Positions 53,901-62,900 of a stretch of DNA of 64,000 nucleotides are shown here, piece after piece. The position numbers and the translations under genes were made by a program. The DNA is from Ylistrum balloti (Eukaryota): NCBI RefSeq assembly GCF_031769215.1, contig NW_026782182.1, positions 186,001-250,000 on the forward strand. The letters run 5' to 3'. The notes under the pieces were generated by a model. It did not search any database and was not told the DNA's origin. It saw nothing but the letters and a program-made list of their open reading frames with translations. The first letter of the stretch is position 1. Every line of letters starts with the position of its first letter.

Positions 53901-56900
53901 CTCATCTGATTAAGGACATGATCGATGAGAAAGACAAGACACTGACAGCCAATGCTGAGTGTGTGAACAGCCTGCTGAAGAAACTGCAGTCCAGAGAGGC
54001 AGAGCTTGGTCAGATTAGTGACAAGCATAAGAAGGACATTGCCAATATGGAGCAAGAGATGGAGAAAATGGCTGGAGATTTGAGAAAGATGGAGATGGAG
54101 CTGAGAAGAAAACAGAATGAGCTACAGGTATATAAGTTTTAACCAGAATTAGTCTCATAAGTTTATCACATTAGCACTGTGTTTATTTACTTTTTTCCCC
54201 GATTCAGCCCTGTATTTATCACCTTGTCCATCAATCTGTCTATCCAGATTTTTTTTTATCTTAGTATAAGAAGTTACGAGGGCTGACTGATAAGTTATGA
54301 GTCTGTTTTGAAGAAAATGGTAGAGATATCCTTCTTCAGCTCTACTTTTCCCTAACCATTTAAGGCTGAGTACCTGAAGACTGGTGTCATTTGGTCAGTT
54401 TATGTCAGAGAGGTAACATTCTATATCCATATGGATATGGCAGTAACACTAGGGAATGATGTCCCTTCACATGCTGCAATGAAAAGGTGGATGGCAGAAT
54501 TTAAGCGTGGCAGGCGAAGTCTTGGGGATGATGCCCCTCCTGGGAGGCCTGTCACTGTTGCAACCCCACTCCATGATATTGTTATGTCTGACTGGCGAGC
54601 TACAGAGAGATATATAGCCAGTGCAGTTGGGATTTCAAAGGAAACAGTACATTCTATTCTTATTTAATATCTTGCAATGAGAGAACTCTCAGCCCATTGA
54701 GCAAGACGACAGACAGTTGATCAGAAGCACATCAGGTGGACATTGTCACATGCTAATCTGAACCTTTTAGAGACCGATAACAATGGAAGCACTCTGGTTC
54801 ACCCCCGCCAAAGAAGGCAAAGACTTTTCCATAACCTGGAAAGGTTATGACCTCAGTTTTCTGGGATGCTGATGGTTTTCTGTGATGGTAGATTATCTGC
54901 AAAAGGGACAAACAATCAATGGCACATATTATTCATCACTTAGGCAGTTAAGAGAAAATATTAAACTCATGTGCAGCAGAAAACTTCGTAAAGGTGTGTT
55001 GTTCCACCAATACAATGCCCCTGTTCACAAGTCTGCCATTGCCATGGCTGCCATTAACAGTTGTGGCTTTGAATTGATTGAGCAGTCGCCTTATCATCAG
55101 TCTTTTTACTTTTTCCAAAATTGGAAAAGGTAATTTTGGGTACCCATTTTCAGTCAGATGATGACATCACACATGCAGTGGATGCCTTTCTAAGCGGTAA
55201 AGAAAAGCACATCTTTAAAAGTGACACTGAGGTTCTTAAACATCGCCGACAAAGATGTCTTGATACTGACAGGGATTATGTTGAAATATAATGCAATATG
55301 TCTGCCAAAAGTCAAACTCTTAAATATGAGGCTCACAACTTATTAATCAGTCCTTGTATTTCAATTTTAATCATTTTAACAAATTTCAGTATGCACTTAA
55401 TAATGAAGTTATGCCATTTAAAATCAGTTAAATTTGTAAAACATGCACTTCATCATTGTAAGTTTGGTCAGTTTTCTGGTCCACGTCATTAATTAGACTT
55501 TTGCTTTGTGGAAACATCTGATGAAGCACATGACAAGGAGAACCCTCAGGGGATCATCTGAAGTGAAAGGAAAATTGATCTCTCATTTCTCCGTCGATTC
55601 TATTTTGCAAAATTTCATGGTGATTTCTACATTTGAATAGTCTGTGTAATTTTAGCATTATTTTATCCAGTCTGCTGATAGCCAGGCCAGTTGGTCACAC
55701 CAGCAAAGTCAGGACGTTTTGGATAAATTACGAGCTGTCATCTCAGACAAAGACAAAACTGTCAGTGTGAGTTACCTTGTTTATTATGAGCATGTTACCT
55801 TTGCTTAACTGAAATATACTGAGTAAGTTACGGATTCATGAACCGGGTTTGCTTCAATTAGTGAGTCAGTAAATGAGTTATGAGTCAAGGAATCAATAAG
55901 GAGCAAATTTTGATTAAAGTAATATGTCATTTATGTGTTGTGAGTTGATATTGAGCAATGTGCATATGATACTTGAACATTGGTAATGAACTTGTCAGTA
56001 GGAGGTCATATGTTATAAGTAGTTTATGATTTGATGTGAGCTTCAAGTTTATTTTTAGTTGAGGAATAAGGAGGTGTTTGAGTTCAGAATAAAACATTTT
56101 TATGTTGAAGTGACTGATGAACACTCTGGGTACAAGTTTAGTGTTAATGTTGATGACAGAATTACTTATTGTCTTTTCAGAGGAAAAAGCTATTTTTGAT
56201 TTTCTACCAAAATGTTTGATTTGTGTATTCTGCTTTTCAGACGCTGCTGGACAGTGTTCAGGAGAAGGATAAATTGAATGGACAGCTGAGACAAGACCTT
56301 CAGAGCAAGGATGGTGAGATCATTAATTCAGTTCTGAAACACTATAATATTGATATTCAGTGGGATATATTTTCAATGAACATGTGAAACCTATTAATCC
56401 ATGAATTGATATGTCCACAAACTGTTCAAACAGGTATAAGTAGATTTATTTAGCTATATTAATCCACTAAAGGGTGTGTCCATGAAATAGTGATATTGAA
56501 AAACCATGAAAAATTGAGTCCCCACAGTAATACAAGAACTAACAATTTTATTAAGCATGGAGATATAATTACTTGTTATTGTAATATAGAAATAATTACA
56601 ATAATTCTCCTATAGAACTGGTGAAGTGATATTAATAGGTCACCTGCCCATAAATAGAAGGAAGTAAATCAATTCTCATTTGTAACATGTTTTGTCCCAC
56701 AGATTTGGTGGATAAGCTTCAGGTGCTCTTACGTCAGTCTCAGACAGGCTCTAGTGCAGACCTCAGTAACAAACTTCAGGACCTACAGATAGAGCTGGCT
56801 GTAAAATCTGAGGGGTTGAGGAACGCCAGACGAACTGAAGAAGACCTGCGAGAGCAGATTGTATGTATTCAGTGAAATTCTATCTTATCCTTCCTTAGTC

Positions 56901-59900
56901 AATATTGGTCTCAAGAGTGTGGTTTTGTTGTAAATTATAATATGTGACAAATTTTAGGACTTGATAAAGTTGATACTATAATTTGCAGATGGAAAAAAAT
57001 GTTTACTATTTCAACTTGCAGCAGGAACTGAAAAAGAAGTTTGATAGTGTACCCAAAGGTGATCGTGAGTACCACACACTTGAGAAAGAAATATACTACC
57101 TCAAGGACAAGCTGGAGGGTCATGGATGGACTCCAACGGGCAGTAGTCCAGGGCAACGAGGGTCAGTAGGAGACACTAGTGCTGCTGGTCAGCAGGTAAG
57201 AGAACCGCTCAAATTTATCATGTTATCTCTACTGTAAGATGGTCCAGCTTCTAAAAGAATTATTGATTTAAGATATACTGTTAAAGCTTGGAACTTAGGA
57301 TGTTATGGCTGTCCTTTTGTATACTAAGATTGTGTGGTCACCTTGTTATCAGGACCTGCTGCAGGAGACTTTAGAAGCCCAGTTGGAGGAGCTACGGATG
57401 TTAAATGCAGCAGTGAAGAGAGAGCAACATCTATTGGAGGGTATACGAGACAAAAGTCAGGAGAGGTAAGCTTTTTAAGTTTTACTGGTAGGATATTAAT
57501 ACCACTAAGATGAGGGGAGGTAAGCCTGTCAAAACTAAGTAGTGAGGAAGATGTAGAAACTAGAGTAAGAGAGGTAAGCCTGTGATAAATCAGTCAGGGG
57601 AAGAAAACCTGTCATAATTCAATGGTGTAAGGGGAGGGAAGACTGTTATAAAATAAATATTTAGTAAGATAGAAGTAGAAATCAGTGTAAAGGGAGGTAA
57701 GACTTCTATAAAATAAATATTTAGTGAGATAGAAGTAGAAACCAAGGAAAGGAGGGGATAAAACTGTTTTAACTTACCGATGGGGTTTAAGCTTGTTACC
57801 AAAGGCATACCATTATCATTGGCCTTTGAAGTAGTGATTTTGAGTAGCTAGATTTCTCTAGCCATTCTTTTAATGTTGAGTTAAGAAAGACATTTATGAA
57901 TGTTGAAGGGGAGATATAGTGGTAGGGTTGATAAAATTAATCCTGTAGCTGGCTGTAGGCTTAAAGTGACAGCTATTGGTAGATAGGCTCGTGACAGTAC
58001 CTCATAGCACTCACCATGGTGTACATTACTCAGCTATAGAAACGGACGTTTTCACCTTATAGTCTGATCAAACAATACACCTACCATTTACAACTTATCA
58101 TATACTGCTGTATAGTCATCATATACTGCTGTATACTGATCATATACTGCTGTGTAGTCATCCTATACTGCGGTATAGTCATCATATACTGCTGTATAGT
58201 CATCATATACTGCTTTATAGTCATCATATACTGCTGTATAGTCATCATATACTGCGGTATAGTCATCATATACTGCTGTATAGTCATCATATACTGCTGT
58301 ATCATAATCATATACTGCTGTATAGTCATCATATACTGCGGTATAGTCATCATATACTGTGGTATAGTCATCATATACTGCTGTATCATAATCATATACT
58401 GATCAAACAATACACCTACCATTCACAACTTATCATAGACTTGATCTATTTATATATTCTCATTGTGAATTATCAAAATATTGACAACAGTGCAATGGCC
58501 TCGTAAACAGTATACAGTTATTTACTGGGGTTGAGGGCAACAGATGATCTTCGGCCGAGGGCAACAATTTGCTGAGGGTCCAACAGATGATCTGTTGCCC
58601 TCAAGCCCAGTCAATAACTGTTTTGTTATATCCTTCACAAAGATGAACATTCCTGGTATTTCTGCTGTCACGATCGTCTAAGATTCGCTGTATTTCCTCC
58701 TCCGATGCCAGACCGAATCTGTCTGCGTCACTAGGCCTACTGGTTGCTATTTTGTTGTGTAGACGATAAGAGAAGATAACTCTAAAGTAAACAAAACATC
58801 GTTATCACTTGGGCGTAGTCGTGTGTTTCCGTAAAGCGGTCAACAGTCGATTTTAACAGTCCATTTGGACCGGAGGAAAAAAACAGTTAAACTTTTGACA
58901 TTTCTTTCTCTATATAAATATATAGGAACTGAATCTATAGGTAATAATACTGTTTACATAGCTCAGCCTATCTAGTGGTTGCCAGTTCATTGCATTCTAG
59001 ATCTCTCCTAGAGTCTTGTGTTGAAGTAGGTACTCTCTGTCAGACTCTCATTTCTGGCATCCAAGTATTAGCTGACATAGTGAGGGCTGTATATCGATCC
59101 TTCTCTGAGGTTGCACACATTGAGTCTGGGGATGGCCAGTGGTCCTTCCCCTATATTGAACATTGACACAAAGCTGATCACATTGTGTAAATGTGTAGGT
59201 AAGGCCATCATAATGGACAAAGGGTCAGCATTAAGTTTTGAGATCATGATGACATAGTTTGGCGATGGAAGAACTTTGAGATCCTGGTCCCATGTTGAAA
59301 ACGTTGTGATTGAATGGGATTAAATTTTGGGAGGAAGAGTGAGAAAATATCAGTTAGAGGCCTCTCCTTGTGTGTTGACCAGTTCTCCCTGCAGGCTGAT
59401 TAGTTGTCATCAGGAAGAGAGCATTAGTGGTTGCTGCCCTCTGGGGAGGTTTTCAGTTTCTGGTTATTATTTCATTACAATGTTAACAAATATAGATACT
59501 TCATTTATCAAAGTAAGATACAAGAATTCTCCAAGATGGCCAGCCCTTCCCAGTCTTTGATCAATCTTTTTAGCTTTTTAGCAAGTTGGATTATTTTTGC
59601 TATATGCTGCAGATAGTAAAAATTGTGTTATTATTTCCTCCAAGTTCTCATGCAAAGTCAATATAATAATATAATTTGAACACTTCTTGATCACTTGCAA
59701 TGCCATGTCTCATTACATAATGAATGTTTAGGTGAGGTTTTCTAGTAATACTGTAAATATACTTAATTTTAATGCATTTTCACTTTTTGGCAAGTTAGCA
59801 TGATGATGATTTACACGTCTGTAATTCTGCAATAACTACCAGGTATTATATAAATGAAATACTGAAACTGCAGTAAGCACAAACATATTATAGTGTGAAA

Positions 59901-62900
59901 AGAGAAAATACGATATCTGGTTAGATATGTACATTTACAGTACCCCTATACCAGCATTACAAACTGACTTTGTACGGTTCATAACAATTTTTAATGCAGC
60001 GCAGCAAACATAGTTGTGAAATGTTTCTGTCTTCACTTAAGATTAGGATAAAGAAGTGTGCGTGGTTAGTTGAATAGCAAGTGAAATGTAATCTTAATTA
60101 TATCAGATATAATATTAGGTAAATTCTGCTGTGGAAATCATAAACGCATTGTACTTCTGTGTGGACAGAAATTCCTATTTACAGTGGAAGGTTTGCTTTG
60201 TGTTAATTATGTGGCTCTTGGGGGTGTGGATGTGGTGTTTAGGCTGTTATCCCCTCTGTGACATAAACAGGTATTGAAATGAAATACAAACACTCAGTGA
60301 TTACTTTCATGGCTGGAAAAAATGTCATTCTCTCTTGTTGGCTGTGATGCCACGCCTCATTGATCACATATAGTGGAAGTTGGAATGAAACAATTAGAAA
60401 ATGAATGTAGAATCCATTCAGGACACAAGGGATGTCAGGTTAAGATTTCATTCTCCATTGCTTATCACTTTGTTGTGGTTTATTTGGTAATTAAGGCCTA
60501 CACTTTGTTGTTGAAAGTTTAAAAGTAAACAAAGATAATGGCTTACATTTTAGGTGTTAATCCCTAATACAACAATCTAATCCCAAGATGGGGCACCAAA
60601 AGGGGAGCAAGACATTTAAATCTTTTACTTTTCAGATGTTTCATCTTAAAAAAGAAATGTTGTTGTGTTGAGGATGAAAGTCTGTTTTAGGTAGTTAATA
60701 TCAGAAAAGTGACTGCTTGAAGAATAGCTTCATTTCATAGTATTGATTACATTCTCTTAATTTTCCTTGGTTTGGGTTCAGTGTTGCAATGAAATAATGA
60801 AAGAATTTATAGAGATTAACAATAAATTTATGATATTAATCTTGTTTAAAAAAAGACAAGAATTAAAGAAAAATAAAAAAGATATTTAACAACTCCTTGA
60901 TATCAGAAATGATCATAAAATCAACAAACATATAGATACTCTTGGTTGATGTGACCCCTGAATGTGCCTCTGTGGTTAATTAAATCATCTTATCAACAGT
61001 GACCACTCACATTCAGTGGATGAGGAACTAGCCGCTGTGCGGACCCTGAGGAGGGAGTTGGAAGATGGTGTACAGCACAACCATGAAATGAGGACTATCC
61101 TAGAGAGGCAAATGAAAGAAATTCCTACCAAAGGTATAAAATTCTAACTTGTCTGTAGAGACTTGTATTTGTATGAATCTGCTAAGTTGACATTAGATAT
61201 GCTTTCAATGGTGTGTTTTGGGATGGAGAGACATAAAATAATTGGTTGTCTTTCCCTTGAAATAGTAATTTTCCATTTTCTGTGCTTTGAGATACAATCA
61301 TAATCTATTTGCAGAGTAATATGTAAGTTACTGATTCCAATATTCTTATTAAGTATTCAGAAATTTGACATGGGGTGAGTCCACAACACAATATTAAGTA
61401 AAATTTTCATATGGTAATTTTAAAACTTAGCACCTTTACAGAAATATAAACAGTCTGCTTAGTTTCTATTTACTAGAAGAATTTCATTATAATAACAATT
61501 CCTTATTCATCAGAATCTTCTCAAGAAAATGTGGAAGACTTAAAGAAAACCCTGAATTTCCTGAAGCTAGAACTGGAAACTAGTAAGCTCAACAACAGGT
61601 TTCTACAGTCAAAAAATGACCTGCAAACGAGGCAACGGGTAGAGGGAGAGGGTAGAGCTGAATCTTATCACCAGGGGGCACAAACTTCACCATTAACAGC
61701 ATCATGGAGTCCAGGTAACAAACGGAGTCCTTCACCTATTGATGCAAATATTCAGCTTAATCGCCAGACCCTGTCTGACATGTCTGCTCCAATGCTGCGC
61801 AAAGTGATTCGGCAGCTGCAGCAGCAACTCAGTCAGGAGGAGAAAGAGAATGCAGAGCTTCGCAGAAAACTTGCAACAATGGGCGATGTACGCAACATTC
61901 CAGGAAAGAATGATGATGATGAAAACAGCATACCATATCTCCGCTCAGAGATTGAAAGGCTAGAAAGTGAACAGAGGAGGAAGGAAAGAGTAATTGGTGA
62001 ATTACAGGCTCAATTAGGTTCATACGAACCAGATAATAGTTCAAGTAATATAACAGATCTTAAAAATGAAATTAAAAAGTTGACACTTCAGTTAGATCAC
62101 ACACAGGAAGTGAATTCAATGTTGAAACGACAGCTGACATTAAATGCTCAGAGTAAAGGAAGTGACTTTGACCCAGAAGTTATTGTACAGATGTCAGGTG
62201 AAATACAAAAACTTCGGTTAGAAAATGACAGGGCTAAGCGTGAAGGTTCCATGTCCTCCCATACATCAGAACCTTGTGCTTCAGCAAGTGCTTCCTCAGT
62301 ATTTGATGATAATTCATTAAAGAATCGTTCCCTTAAGAAAGGCAGCCAAATTCCTCGACCAAGATTTGGAAGTACACCAGTTGTAGGGGATATCTCAGCT
62401 GTAAACCAGCCAGAAACTCTGAAAACACTTCTAATGGAATCCAAAAAGCGCATTTCTAACCTGGAAGACAAGCTGAAGGCCACAGAGGCCACGGTCCGAC
62501 ATCAGACACAAAAGATGAAGTATTACAAAGGCCTCCTGGAGGATCATGGATTAATCAACCGCAGTCCGATATGTAGCAGATCTAGTAGTGAGAGCAACCT
62601 AGCAACACTTTCCAGTAAGATTCCCATACGCAAACGTTCTGTATCCCAGGAAAATTTACCGTCAGGTGTGGTGTCCCTCGATTCTGCAATTGGCTCTGAC
62701 TATGGTGGTGTGATGGACACAGTATTTGAGAAGTTTGGTAAAACCGATGATACAGACACTTTAAAGGATCAGGTGACTCAGCTTAGAGAACTTCTCATCC
62801 GACAAAGCATAGACATCAAATCTTTGAGAGACAGATTAGAAAAGGTAATTTTAGTATTTATTCCTTGGTACCTTGTGATGTTGAAATGAGTACATTTTAA

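Noticed and set aside
55515-55565. C/D-box snoRNA (CTGATGA...CTGA)
   Set aside because: Only about 45 nt between the boxes and no terminal stem.
56983-57021. Upstream in-frame ATG before exon 27 as another alternative start
   Set aside because: Short AT-rich extension with intron-like composition inside a 161-bp intron, leaving little room for a promoter, unlike the 40914 case.
58081-58422. 113-aa QQYMMTI repeat ORF
   Set aside because: Product of the 21-bp minisatellite.
62845-62889. Intron read-through giving a hydrophobic C-terminus (VILVFIPWYLVMLK*) as a membrane-anchored isoform
   Set aside because: Too short for a transmembrane helix, the composition is typical of translated T-rich intron, the donor is good, and an in-frame exon 31 follows.
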